Positions 30,558 through 42,042 of a stretch of 64,000 nt of DNA are shown here, piece after piece. This DNA is from an uncultured Fibrobacterota bacterium (GTDB taxonomy: Bacteria > Fibrobacterota > Chitinivibrionia > Chitinivibrionales > FEN-1185). Location of the stretch: contig CAVWBU010000031.1 in the NCBI GenBank assembly GCA_963753345.1, positions 32,001 through 96,000 of the forward strand, written 5' to 3'. A program made the translations under genes and the position numbers. Numbering within the stretch: the first letter of the stretch is position 1; each line of letters starts with the position of its first letter. Below the pieces are notes generated by a model. The model did no database searches. It had not been told where the DNA came from and worked only from the letters and a program-made list of their open reading frames with translations.

Positions 30558-31541
30558 ATGTATTATTTCTGTACCTATTTTGATTCAAACTATTTAACTA
30601 GGGGCTTGGCGCTGCACGAGTCACTGTGCAAGCATGCTAACCCGTTTCATCTATGGATACTTTGTCTCGATGACGTATCATTTGATTTCCTTTCAAAGCG
30701 CAAGTTATTGAATGTAAGCCTCATTCAGCTTTCTGATATAGAGAATTGGGATGCCCGCCTCCGTGACGCTAAGAATAATAGGTCCAAGATTGAATATTAC
30801 TTTACCTTAAGTCCATTTTTCCCCTCATACGTTCTTAAGACCAATTCGCAGGTTGATCTTGTCACCTATCTGGATGCTGATCTTTATTTTTATTCTGATG
30901 TAGGTCCTATATTCAAAGAATTGGGCAACAATTCAATTCTAATAATCGGGCACAAATTTTCAGCAAAGAATTTATATCATGAAAAATATGGGTCATATAA
31001 TGTTGGTTTTCTTTCTTTCAGGCGAGATGTGCAAGGAGAACAATGTCTGGCGTCGTGGCAGGGAAAATGTTTGGAATGGTGTTCAAATCGTTCGGAAGGA
31101 GACAGGTTTGCAGACCAGAAATATTTAGACAAATGGCCCCAGCAATTCAAGAATGTAATCGTGTTGCAAAACAAGGGAGCAAACGTTGCTCCGTGGAATC
31201 TTGACAATTATAAGGTCCGGCATATAAATGGCAAAATATACATTGATGATTCGCCATTGATTTTTTACCATTTTCACGATCTTTACCGCCTTCACGCCTC
31301 GTTTTATCTTACAGGGTTGCAGAAATATTACACGCGTTTGAACAAAACCGTAGCTAACTTTCTATACATTCCGTACATTAAAAAAATAAACGGATTCGGA
31401 ATTGAAACGCCGGTAAGAGAAATTAAAATCGCAAAAACAGCAAACATTATTAAATATGCCATGCAAAACCTTAGGATTTATAAGTTTCTAAGGAATATTA
31501 GATGGTATTTAAAAGGTCAAGGTATGTTTGTGAAACGATAA
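30558..31541 (+). CDS. Putative glycosyltransferase
   Basis: FCTYFDSNY, YLDADLYF (DxD), FADQKYLD. Confidence 0.7.
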   Translation: MYYFCTYFDSNYLTRGLALHESLCKHANPFHLWILCLDDVSFDFLSKRKLLNVSLIQLSDIENWDARLRDAKNNRSKIEYYFTLSPFFPSYVLKTNSQVDLVTYLDADLYFYSDVGPIFKELGNNSILIIGHKFSAKNLYHEKYGSYNVGFLSFRRDVQGEQCLASWQGKCLEWCSNRSEGDRFADQKYLDKWPQQFKNVIVLQNKGANVAPWNLDNYKVRHINGKIYIDDSPLIFYHFHDLYRLHASFYLTGLQKYYTRLNKTVANFLYIPYIKKINGFGIETPVREIKIAKTANIIKYAMQNLRIYKFLRNIRWYLKGQGMFVKR

Positions 31542-31629
31542 TATTCATCAATCTCATTGAAATCCCTTGCGGCAGTTGAACAAGTCGAGGCGAGAGTCGC
31601 ACACTTGGGATAACGTGCTACGGAGCAAA

Positions 31630-31893
31630 ATGCCAATGATAAAGCAATTTCTTATAAGACATATTATTAAGGCACAGGACTTGAAGGGATTCGCACTTGT
31701 GAAGAAACTGAATAACAGCACCATGGAAAGTGCATTCTCTCGGATCACAGCAAGAAGACATGCAATCAATACCGCAATCGATGTCGGGGCATCGGATGGA
31801 AGTTGGACTCATTCCGGCAAGCAGATCTCGTATTTATCAAGGAAGACAGGCCCGAATTTGCTTATTCTAATTACAAATACCTGGGAAAGATGA
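31630..31893 (+). pseudogene. Truncated FkbM-like methyltransferase fragment
   Basis: IDVGASDGSW SAM motif followed by an early stop. Confidence 0.45.
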
Positions 31894-31909
31894 ATCCTTA
31901 AGGAGGGCT

Positions 31910-32719
31910 GTGAGATTCAGGATTATAACACCTTGTTTCAACGCCGAACGCTTTATCCAGGACACGCTCGATAGCGTCCTTGGGCAGAAAGGCGATTTCT
32001 TTATCGACTACGTCGTTGTAGATGGCGGGTCGACGGACAAGACCGTTGAGATATTAACTAGAACTAAGCACCGCGCGGACAAAGAAGCTGACCCGAGGAT
32101 AAGCTTCAGGTTTATCTCAGAAAAAGACCAAGGCATGTATCATGCCATTTATAAAGGTCTTAATTTAACAACCGGAGATATTTGTGCATATATAAATGCA
32201 GACGACCTGTACATGCCAAATGCCTTTTCTGCAGTAGCCGATGTATTCGTAAACTATCCGCAGGTGAAATGGCTTACAGGGATACCAACATACCTCAACG
32301 AACCGGGGCAGAACTATGTTCCACATGTTCCATTCAAATATTCACGGTCATTCCTCATAAAAGGTTTTTACGGAACAACGGTAGAGGGCGTGTACCAGCA
32401 ATCTAATTTCTGGCGTAGCGATCTATTGTCATGTGTAAACATGAAAGCCTTTTGCGGACTTAAATATGCCGGTGATTTTTTTCTCTGGAGATACTTTGCA
32501 GAACACGAAAATCTATATATTATGGTAAGCGTTTTGGCAGGTTTCAGGATACATGGAACCAATCTCTCGATTACTGCGCGTAAAGAATACATGCTTGAAT
32601 TTAAGTCCATTCCAAAGCCTCCGACGATAATAGACAAGCAGGTGTTTCTATTATTTCTTTTGTGCCATTATCTTCCTAATAGATTTAAAAAATTGTTCAA
32701 CAGACGATTAATAATTTAA
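31910..32719 (+). CDS. Glycosyltransferase family 2
   Basis: IITPCFN, VVDGGSTDKT, YINADD. Confidence 0.9.
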   Translation: MRFRIITPCFNAERFIQDTLDSVLGQKGDFFIDYVVVDGGSTDKTVEILTRTKHRADKEADPRISFRFISEKDQGMYHAIYKGLNLTTGDICAYINADDLYMPNAFSAVADVFVNYPQVKWLTGIPTYLNEPGQNYVPHVPFKYSRSFLIKGFYGTTVEGVYQQSNFWRSDLLSCVNMKAFCGLKYAGDFFLWRYFAEHENLYIMVSVLAGFRIHGTNLSITARKEYMLEFKSIPKPPTIIDKQVFLLFLLCHYLPNRFKKLFNRRLII

Positions 32720-33055
32720 GAGAATGGGAAATGGGTTATTCAATAAAAACCAGCTCATACGGTACTCTGCCGTTGAATTCTGCTTTTGCAATCGCCGCGG
32801 AAAAGGCAAAATTCAACACCCTCCGCTGTGTGAATGCCGGGATCTGCTGAAAAGCCAGTGACAAATAACGGGTGGATTGGCAAGAGCCTCTGCTCCATGA
32901 GTGCCGTATGCGGTCAAAGCCGCGGTCCCGCGTCCGCGGGAATGACACCAAATACGGCAATTCTTAGAGATCCCCTAAAGAAGGCCCTGCATGAAACAGA
33001 CACTGCCACAGGTAGTTTATCAACGTAACTGGAAATAATTTAAGAGGCATCTCCG

Positions 33056-34190
33056 ATGCGAATCCTGTATGACGCCCCAGATGTTCACCTGGCAGAATTT
33101 CGGCGGGGCGACGCGCTATTTCTACGAATTGATGTCCCGTTTCTGCAATGACCCCGAATTACAGGTGAGCTTTCCCATTCTTTTGTCCGACAACTATTAC
33201 ATAAGGAATTGCTCATTTGCAAAGCACTGGCGCGGCGGCCGGAATGTGTCGTTCAAGGGGAAAATGTCCGCATACCGGCTGATCAACCAAGCGTACAACC
33301 GTCATGCGATACCAAACATGCGGTTCGATATTCTCCACCCGACCTATTACAACCCGTATTTTCTCAAATGCCTCAAGGGCAAACCATACGTCATAACGGT
33401 GTTTGACCTCATCCACGAACTGTTTCCGGACACCCTGGAGCCAAACCAGAAGACCGTGAGGAAATGGAAACAGGCGTCGATTTCAAAGGCTGATCTTCTC
33501 ATTGCAATCTCCGAATCGACAAAAAGAGATCTTATCAGAATCTACGGTCTATCGCCTTCAAGAGTCTTTGTGGTTCCCCTGGCAGCTTCGCTTTCCCAAG
33601 GTTCATCCAGCCGGACAGACGACATGCAGTTGCCCTCCAGGTATGTCGTATACGTGGGAGCGAGATCGGCGGGTTACAAAAATTTTGGCACCTTGGCGCA
33701 AGCGTTCCAGATTGCCGGCAAAAAGGACAAAGGCCTCTCTCTGGTTTGCGTCGGCGGCGGTCCGTTTACGACTTACGAAACCCGCCTTTTCGGCCGGCTT
33801 GGGATTTCAGGGAGAGTAATGCAAATGTCAATAAGCGATGGGGAAATGTTTGCGCTGTATTGCCGCGCCCGCGGCCTGGTCTATCCTTCGCATTACGAAG
33901 GGTTCGGCATTCCCCTGCTTGAGGCGTTTTCCTGCGGGTGTCCTGTGGCTGCTTCAAACTCGAGTTCCCTTCCGGAAGTCGGCGGCAATGCTTGTCTTTA
34001 TTTTAATCCGAATAGTATTGATGAAATGGCGGAAAAAATCGGCGCGCTTGTTGATGACCGAAGCCTCAGGGACGGCCTCGTTGAAAAAGGGCGTCTGCAG
34101 GCAAGAAGATTCTCATGGGACAGCACCGCGGCAACGACCAAACAAATATATTCAAAATTGATTTCCGGCAATTCGGTGGCGGCGCCATGA
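33056..34190 (+). CDS. Glycosyltransferase family 4; frameshift a few codons after the ATG
   Basis: MRILYD at 33056 joins ORF 33069..34190; YEGFGIPLLEA. Confidence 0.88.
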
Positions 34191-34978
34191 CACCAAAGGA
34201 CAAAACCGGCCAGGGCGCGCCGCTCGTGGGCGTGGTAACCATCGTCAAGAACGGCGCGGATGTTCTTGAGCGCACCATACAAAGCGTTGCGGGCCAGCGC
34301 TATCCTGACTTTGATTATGTCGTTATTGACGGAGGTTCGTCGGACAGTTCCCTGGACATTATAAAGCGTCACGAAAAATCGATTGCATCGTGGATAAGCG
34401 AACCGGACCGCGGGATAGGAGACGCCTTTAACAAAGGCGTTGCGCGGTCGCGCGGCAAATGGATCATCTTCATGAACGCCGGTGATTATTTTGTCGACTC
34501 GCACGTCCTTTTAAAATTCTCGGAAGTGCTTCGTGAATCAGGCAGGTTTGACATAGTGCACGGTCGTGTTCTGCAGGTCGACAAGACGGGAAAATGCTAC
34601 AGGACCGTTGGCGGACCTCTTAATCAACGGAAATTCAAATTTCACATGTCTGTTCCGCATCAGGCGATTTTTCACAACAGGGCGTTCTTCGACTGCTATG
34701 GGCTATTCGACACGAGCCTCAAAATGGCAATGGATTATGAGCTCCTGACAAGGAAAAAAGACCTCCAGGCATTGTATGTTGCGGCCCCGGTCGCGGCCAC
34801 CCTGGTTGGCGGTGTGAGCCAGCAGAATTACCGCAAATTGATTCTAGAAATGAGAAACGTCAGGGAAAGAAACATCGGCCCCTCCACGCTGCTGTCGGAC
34901 GGCAGATATTTCTTGACATATGCAAAGGTTTCCGTTTACTTGCTTTTAAGAAGAGCGTTCGGGGAACAGTTTATATGA
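34187..34978 (+). CDS. Glycosyltransferase family 2
   Basis: VIDGGSSD, SEPDRGIGDAFNKG, FMNAGD. Confidence 0.9.
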   Translation: MTPKDKTGQGAPLVGVVTIVKNGADVLERTIQSVAGQRYPDFDYVVIDGGSSDSSLDIIKRHEKSIASWISEPDRGIGDAFNKGVARSRGKWIIFMNAGDYFVDSHVLLKFSEVLRESGRFDIVHGRVLQVDKTGKCYRTVGGPLNQRKFKFHMSVPHQAIFHNRAFFDCYGLFDTSLKMAMDYELLTRKKDLQALYVAAPVAATLVGGVSQQNYRKLILEMRNVRERNIGPSTLLSDGRYFLTYAKVSVYLLLRRAFGEQFI

Positions 34979-35030
34979 GCCGTGTTTTCGCTCGTTAGTG
35001 CGCAGCGGCATTTGTGGAAAAAGCAATATC

Positions 35031-36106
35031 ATGAAAATCCTCCAGGTTGTCAATAGCCTTCAGCCAGGGGGGGCCGAAGTCCTGGCTTTCTGTTGTTGCG
35101 CCAGCCATCAAAAACATGGGTATCGATATCGAGGTCGTCACGCTGTACAAATATCCCAAAGGGAACTCTACGCGATACCCTTGCACGAAGCGGCGTTGTC
35201 ATTCATTCCCTGAGATGTTTCATTTCGCTACGATTTGAGGATTTTGTGGGCATTAAAAAAATTAATGGACCGCGGCGGCTATGATATCGTGCATGCCCAT
35301 CTATTTCCCGCTATGTACTGGACCGTGCTTGCGAGACCAATATGCAGGAAACTTATTGTCACCGAGCACAACACGTTCACCCACCGTACCGGGAAAGCAT
35401 TTCTTCAGCCCGTTGAGCGGTTTATGTACGGGCAATATGAATCCATCGTGTGCGTGGGCCGTGACGTTCGCAGGGCACTTTCCTAATGGCTACCGGGGCT
35501 TAGCTCCAAAATGCGCATAATTTACAATGGCAAGACCTGGAACGGTACAGAGACGCGAAACCGGTCGAAAAGGGAGTCCTTTGAATTCCCGAAACCGCGC
35601 CGGTCCGCGGGATGGTCGCGCGGTTCTACAGCCCAAAGGACCACAAAACGGTCATCGATGCGGCAATGCTTGTTCCCGGCCTGCACGTGCTGTTCATCGG
35701 GGACGGCGACTGAAACAAGGCGATACAGGAACATGCCTGCCTAGGCCTTGACAACCGCATCCATTTCCTCGGATACAGAAGCGACGTCGCCTCCCTGCTC
35801 AAGACTTGCGACGTCTATATCCATTCCTCATATAACGAAGGCATTGGGCTTTATCGGTCGCAGAGGCATGGCATGCGGAATACCTGTCATCGCTTCGGAC
35901 GTGATGCGGCTCAACGAAATAGTGCAGGACAAAAAATCAGGCCTGCTCTTCAAATGCGCAGATGCCGAAACCTTGCCGAAAAAATAAAATCGGTCTTTCA
36001 GGACAATGACGTGAAAACGAAATTGAAAGCAGGCGCTTTGACAAGGGCGCTTGATTTTTCGCTGGATACCACGGTAGATAAGCTGGTCGCATTGTATGGT
36101 TTTTGA
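35031..36106 (+). pseudogene. GT4 glycosyltransferase broken by several frameshifts (sequencing error or pseudogene)
   Basis: Fragments MKILQVVNSLQPGGAE, DIVHAHLFP, TEHNT, MACGIPVIASDV in different frames. Confidence 0.7.
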
Positions 36107-37348
36107 TTTTCTGACGTTCCTGTCGGCGTATCTTGTCGTAGGCGAAATCATAATCGTGATTTTCGCCGTGATATACAAGTCGAAAAACAAGGAAGTAATT
36201 GTTTTCAACCTTGCCATGCTGTTCAAGATCCTATGCACCTTTGGTTACTATCAGGTTGCGATAGCAGGTCCTGCCGATGCCTTGGATATTACATGTATGC
36301 AAACCAATCGGAGTTCCAAATTCCATAACCTCCCTGTTTCAGACCAGCACGGGTTTTATCGACGCAGTGGCGGATTATTTTTTCCCGCTTGTCTCGTTTT
36401 TCGACAACCCATATCTCATGCTGTACATCCCTTTTTCGCTTCTCGCGTTTACAGGCTCATTGTTTTTTTTCAAGACCCTGCAGGCCGTTGCGCCCGACAA
36501 ACAGGAAACTGGAGCTGTATGCGGTAAGTTTTTTCCTGCCGAACATGGTGTTCTGGACAAGCAATCTTGGCAAGGATTCCCTGATTTATCTGGGAATCGC
36601 GCTCGTGATGTTCGGGTTTCTGGCAAAGCCAAAGCCTCCGAAAAATTTCATTGCCATGGGCTTGGGAGCATGGCTGGTATTTTCCGTGCGGCCCCACATA
36701 TTCTTGTTCATGTTATTCGGGTTTCTCCTCGGCCTGTTTATTGAAAAACGCGCATTTTCATTCAGGTCGATCCTTTTGTTCTCCGTGATTTTTCTAACCT
36801 TTTTATTGACCCAGCAGAAAATCTTGAATATTGCAGGCATACAGGTGCAAAGCGAAGAGGAAAAACCCGCCTCGATCACCTCCTATTATGATGCAGGCGT
36901 GTCAAGGGTGGAAGCGTTCAAAGAGCATGAATATCGGAGGATCGGCAACAGGCGAAACGCATAAATTCTCCATTTTTATTCCCCGTACTATCTTGTGACG
37001 TTCCTTATAAGCCCGTTTGTATGGCAGGCAAAAAAACCCATCCAGTTTGTTTCAGCCCTGGAAACCGTCATTTATCAGCTCATGATCCTGTATCTCTGCA
37101 TCCACTGGAAAGACGTTGTCAAGATCGGGTTCATACGGTATAAATATTCGTGGCTTCTCTACCTGATCGTCACCAGCATCATCGTCGGCGCCGCGTACAC
37201 CAATTTCGGGCTGATCGTGCGCCAGAGGTGCATGGTCCTTCCCGTGATTTTCCTACTTTTCACCGGCGTGCGCCGCCAACTGTCGATTACAAAAAAGAAA
37301 AAGCCAAATAAAAAAAGCGGATTGAACCGGATCCCTTTTACAAAAAAT
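36096..37348 (+). pseudogene. Multi-TM membrane protein (Wzy-like polymerase candidate), frameshifted
   Basis: Hydrophobic fragments in ORFs 36096, 36277, 36389, 36995; WTSNLGKD, RPH and NFGLIVRQR motifs. Confidence 0.55.
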
Positions 37349-38520
37349 ATGCCCCCAACGCGCAAGCCTAAAATCCTCATCTGCGTCACCGTCGCGGAGA
37401 CGGCCTGGTCCTTTTTCCGGGAGCAGGTCCCGTATCTCAAGGAAAAAGGGTACAGCGTGGAGATCGCCTCGGGCGAAGGGAGCTGGAAAAAGCTTTCCGA
37501 CGTCAGGGAGGCGTTCGGCGTTCCGGTGCACAAGGTCCCGCTTACGCGCGCCATGAACATCGTTGCGGACATCCGCTCGCTTGTGCGGCTCTATTTTCTC
37601 ATGCGTCAAACAAAGCCCGCCATTCTCCATGCGAGCACGCCCAAGGCCGCGGTGCTGTCGCTTGTCGCGGGGTGGCTTGCCGGGTGCCGGTGCGCATCTA
37701 CCTTGTCCGCGGCATTGCCTACTACGAGGCCACGGGCATGGTGCGGACGCTGCTTTCCTTTGTGACCATGTGGGCGTGCAGGCTCGCGAACGTGGTGCTG
37801 TGCGTGAGCACATCAAACAGGGACTTTTTGGTTGCAAACAGGATATGCCCGGCCGAAAAGATTTCCATTCTCTGCAACGGGTCGAGCCACGGCGTTGACG
37901 CACGCGCCAGGTTCAACCGCACCAACGCGAACCCGGCGCGCCTCGCCGCGCTCAGGGCGAAGTACGGCGTCAAGGACAACGACGTGGTGTACGGGTTTAC
38001 GGGCCGCATTGTAAAGGACAAGGGCATCGAAGACCTGTTCGCCGCGTGGAAGCGCTTTGCTGCGGCCGGGAAAAACGCGCACCTGTTTATCGTGGGCCAC
38101 ACGGAGGCGAGGGGAGCGGTCTCGGCCGCGTGCCTTTCGGGCATGGCGCAAGAGCCTTCGGTGCACGTGGTTGACGATGTCAACGACCCTTACGAGTTTT
38201 ACTGTCTTTTTGACGTCTTTGTTTTTCCCTCGCACAGGGAAGGCATGCCCAACGCGGTGCTCGAGGCCGCGCCATGGAACTGCCGGTGATCACCACCAAC
38301 GCGCTCGGCTGCGTGGATTCGGTGCGCGACAGCGAAACGGGCTATGTCGTTCCGGTAAAGGACGTGGCCGCCCTGCTTGATAGAATGGAAAAGCTGTATG
38401 CCGACAGGCCGCTCAGGGCCGCCCTCGGCCGCAGCGGCCGCGCGTTCGTGCTTGACAGGTTCGATCCGGCCGATTTGTGCGCGGCGCTCGAGGAGACGGT
38501 GCGGCTTTGTGCGAAAAAAG
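37349..38520 (+). CDS. GT4 glycosyltransferase, frameshifts near 37685 and 38270; end approximate
   Basis: HASTPKA, GRIVKDKG, SHREGMPNAVLEA, LPVITT. Confidence 0.75.
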
Positions 38521-39718
38521 CAACGTGTTCCCGCGCAGGAGGATTGCGATCGTCACCTCGGTCCCCACCACGCTCTTCCATTTGTTTTCCAACCAGATAG
38601 ACCGCATCCGGCAAGACGGTTTCGAGGTGTTTCTCATTTCCTCGGCCGGCGACGAATGGATTTCCGCAAAGGACGTGGAGAAAAAATACGGCATCAAGGT
38701 GCATCGCGTGCCGTTTCAAAGGACATTCTCCGTATTTTCCGATCTGTATTCGCTCGTGGCCCTGTGCGCGCTTCTGGCCAGGCTGCGTCTCGACGTCATC
38801 TACTATTGCACGCCCAAGGCTTCTCTGCTCACGGCCATGGCCGCTTTTCTCATGAGGGTGCCGTTCAGGATCTATTCGGTTTTCGGCCAGGTGTATTACG
38901 GGAAAAAGGGCGTGACGGAAAAGATTCTGCTTCTCGCGGAACTGCTGTCGTGCGCATGCTCGCACAAGGTGATCCTGATGAGCGAATCCAATCTCAGGTA
39001 CATGTCGGCAAAGAAGCTGTGCCGGCCGGAGAAAATGGGAATGCTGGGCCGCGGCACGAACCAGGGAGTGGACGCCAGGGGACGGTTCAATCCGGAAAGG
39101 ATCGACAAAAACAACGCCCTCACGCTCAGGCAAAAGCTGGACATTCAGGAAGACACGGCGGTGATCGGGTATATGGGAAGGCTCGTGAAAGAGAAGGGGA
39201 TACGTGAGCTTGTAAAGGCGTGGAACGATATCAAGAAAGAGTCGATTCCATGCGTTCTTCTGCTCATCGGTCCCAGAAAGGAGCCGCGCGACCAGCTTCC
39301 TGAGAAGGTGTTCCACGCAATTGAAAACGACCCGACCATACGGCTCATCGAACCCGTGGCAGACCCGGAATCGTATTACGCGATCATGGATATTTTCGTT
39401 CTTCCATCCTACAGGGAAGGGTTTCCCAATGTGGTTCTGGAGGCCGCGGCCATGAGGCTTCCGGTAATTACCACCGACGCCATCGGGTGCGTCGATTCGG
39501 TTTTGGACAACGAAACCGGATTCATCGTGCCGGTGATAAATGTGGAAAAGATGAAGGAGAAAATGAACGTCCTTTTGCACGATCCTGAAATGCGCAGGAA
39601 CATGGGCGCAAAGGCGCGGGAAAGGGTTTTAAGGGATTTCGACGGCGAGGCGATAACCGAAGAACTCATGTACCTTATCAACAACCGGGATTTTGCTTCT
39701 AAAACAAATAATGTGTAA
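38477..39718 (+). CDS. GT4 glycosyltransferase (paralogue of the upstream gene; true start probably ~38526)
   Basis: CTPKA, GRLVKEKG, SYREGFPNVVLEAAAM. Confidence 0.9.
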   Translation: MRGARGDGAALCEKSNVFPRRRIAIVTSVPTTLFHLFSNQIDRIRQDGFEVFLISSAGDEWISAKDVEKKYGIKVHRVPFQRTFSVFSDLYSLVALCALLARLRLDVIYYCTPKASLLTAMAAFLMRVPFRIYSVFGQVYYGKKGVTEKILLLAELLSCACSHKVILMSESNLRYMSAKKLCRPEKMGMLGRGTNQGVDARGRFNPERIDKNNALTLRQKLDIQEDTAVIGYMGRLVKEKGIRELVKAWNDIKKESIPCVLLLIGPRKEPRDQLPEKVFHAIENDPTIRLIEPVADPESYYAIMDIFVLPSYREGFPNVVLEAAAMRLPVITTDAIGCVDSVLDNETGFIVPVINVEKMKEKMNVLLHDPEMRRNMGAKARERVLRDFDGEAITEELMYLINNRDFASKTNNV

Positions 39719-39737
39719 AGAATCCATGCCAAATATG

Positions 39738-40200
39738 TGGGCGTTCCCCTCCCCCTCGACTCCGCTCGGGGTCGGGTCGGTCTCCCTCCGGGCTCGGCCA
39801 TTCGGCCTCGTTGCCGCCTGCCACAAGGGCCCTACGGGCCGTGGTCATGCGGCAATTCGCTTTGGCTCACTCTCCGGTCCACCTAACTCTGGGCAGAGGA
39901 ACATTGCCTAATTGTCAATAACTGCTGCGCAAACACAAATGAAGTTGTCTTGTTTTTTCATGCGCCATCAGCGCCGACCCTGAGGCCATGGCGCTAACCC
40001 GCGCGACAGGAGGGAGGGTTATTTGGCCGCTCGTGCTGTTCGAGCCCGGCATCTATTGACGAATGGGTTTGTCCTGCCGGGTGAGTTCACGAGCGGCCCT
40101 TAGGCCCGAAGACAAGCCGGAGCTGGAGGCGCGGCGTTCTTTGCCTACTTTCTGTCGCTGCAGACAGAAAGTAGGGCGTCGTGCGGGGCCGCAACCCCGC
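39738..40200 (-). repeat. Composite element on the minus strand: module D + module C (39738-~39898)
   Basis: Reverse complement resembles 8910-9419 and 16128-16573. Confidence 0.85.
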
Positions 40201-40256
40201 TATAAGAAATGTACCCTTGTTCGGTCATTAGTTCGCAGTAAGAAAAAGAGCACGTA

Positions 40257-40901
40257 ATGATTCATGTTCCCATTAAGCAACTCTCAAAAAACCACGCCCC
40301 CGCCGTTGCCCTGCTCCATCAACAGGGCATTACCACCGGCTTTCTCTCCAGTTTAGGATCTCGGTTCCTATCTGCATTATATTGCACCATCGCAAATTCA
40401 CCCTGGTCAACGGTATTCACGGCCGTGCCGGAAGGCACAGATAAGCCGGTAGGATTTATTGCCGCGAGCATCGACACGGGCCGCATGTACCGGGACGTTC
40501 TGTTGCGAAGGGGCTTGCGCTTTGCATGGCTGCTTGCGCCACAAATAATTCGGCCGGTTGCGGTAAAAAACATGCTTGAGACGGTTTTATACCCTGTCTT
40601 TCATGCAAAGGACGCCGAGCGAAAGGCGGATGTCTTGTCGCAAGCGTCAAGTGCCGGCGGCGTGCGCGCCGAACTCCTTGCGATTGCGGTTGACAAAGAG
40701 TGGCAGGGAAGGGGAGTAGGCAGGCTTCTGGTGAATGAGATGGAGGGGTATTTTAGAGAAAGCGGGGTTGAACGGTACAAGGTGGTCACTTCGGCGCAGG
40801 ACGAGACAGCCAACGCTTTTTACCGGGCGCTGGGGTTTTGCTTGGAAAAAACGTTTGTTCATCACAGGAGAGAAATGTGCCAATACATAAAGACGGTTTG
40901 A
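40257..40901 (+). CDS. GNAT-family acetyltransferase
   Basis: AIAVDKEWQGRGVGRLL, ANAFY. Confidence 0.85.
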   Translation: MIHVPIKQLSKNHAPAVALLHQQGITTGFLSSLGSRFLSALYCTIANSPWSTVFTAVPEGTDKPVGFIAASIDTGRMYRDVLLRRGLRFAWLLAPQIIRPVAVKNMLETVLYPVFHAKDAERKADVLSQASSAGGVRAELLAIAVDKEWQGRGVGRLLVNEMEGYFRESGVERYKVVTSAQDETANAFYRALGFCLEKTFVHHRREMCQYIKTV

Positions 40902-41533
40902 CGCTTCTGCAGAGGGCGGCAAAGCGGCTGTTCGACATTGTGTTTGCCGGCCTTGGCATGGTTTTTCTGGCGCCGGTGCTCTTTGCAATGGCGGTGTATG
41001 TCAAATTTACGTCGCCGGGCCCGGTGTTCTTCCGGCAGAAGCGCGTGGGAAGGAACGGGAAGCTGTTTTCTGTTGTAAAGTTCCGCACCATGTATGTCGG
41101 CAGCGAGGCGGGCGGCTTTGTGACCGCGGAATTCGACGACCGCATCACGCCTGCGGGCAGGGTTTTGCGGCAGTACAAGCTCGACGAGCTCCCGCAGTTG
41201 TGGAACGTATTCTTCGGCGTAATGTCCTTTGTGGGCCCGCGGCCGGACGTGCCGGGGTATGCGGACAAACTTGAAGGCGACGGCAGGAAAATCCTATCGC
41301 TCCGTCCCGGCATCACGGGCCCGGCATCGCTTTACTTCCGCGACGAGGAGCAGCAGCTCGCATCAAGCAAGGACCCGCACCGCTACAACGACACGGTCCT
41401 GTGGCCCAAGAAAGTCGAGCTGAACCTGGAATACCTCGAGCACTGGAGTTTGTGGAAGGATATCGGCTATATTGTTGTTACGCTGGTTCCGGAGTTTGAT
41501 TCCATGTTTAATCTTGTCAAGAGGGAAATTTGA
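40838..41533 (+). CDS. Initiating phosphoglycosyl (sugar) transferase, PglC-like; start uncertain
   Basis: KRLFDI, KFRTM, KLDELPQLWNV, MSFVGPRP, RPGITG. Confidence 0.92.
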   Translation: MLGKNVCSSQERNVPIHKDGLTLLQRAAKRLFDIVFAGLGMVFLAPVLFAMAVYVKFTSPGPVFFRQKRVGRNGKLFSVVKFRTMYVGSEAGGFVTAEFDDRITPAGRVLRQYKLDELPQLWNVFFGVMSFVGPRPDVPGYADKLEGDGRKILSLRPGITGPASLYFRDEEQQLASSKDPHRYNDTVLWPKKVELNLEYLEHWSLWKDIGYIVVTLVPEFDSMFNLVKREI

Positions 41534-41551
41534 AAAATAATAAAATGAATC

Positions 41552-42002
41552 TGGGCGTTTCCCTCCCCCTCGACTTCGCTCGGGGTCGGGTCGGCCGTCC
41601 TTCCGGTCCACCCCTTCGGGTGCTTCCAAGGGTCGTCGGCCTTCGGCCTCGGGCCGCCACGGCCCTATGGCCCACAGGGCCGGGTCCGGGCGGCATCCCG
41701 CTTGGCGGGACCTCCAGTCCTGCCTAACGCGCAGCAGATGAATTGTATTCGGTCAATTATATTTTCCTGCGCCAATCGGTGACTAGGCAAATCAATCATG
41801 CTTTCCTTTTTAACCATTCAACGTATCAACTATTCAACTCTTTCTTTCAACTTCTCAACCTCTCAACTGCTCTTCGTGGGTGCCCCCGCACAGGTGTTTG
41901 GTTCAGCAACCGCACCATCAAGGGGGACACCCTGGAGGGGGTAGCGCAGGACACCGCAGGCCAAAGGCCGAGGAGGCCGGAGCGAGGGGGAAACTTCCCC
42001 CC
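41552..42002 (-). repeat. Composite element on the minus strand: module A (41875-42002) + heptamer run + module C (41552-~41738)
   Basis: TGGGCGTTTCCC...CCTAACGCGC; TCAACT units; GCGAGGGGGAAACTTCCCCCC. Confidence 0.9.
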
Positions 42003-42042
42003 GTTAAAGCATTTTAACTAATCTTTAATAAAGATCAACATC

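Noticed and set aside
39738-39898. Module C as a plain rho-independent terminator or a known riboswitch
   Set aside because: Multibranched, no consistent U-tract, found in both orientations next to functionally unrelated genes; no riboswitch consensus recognised
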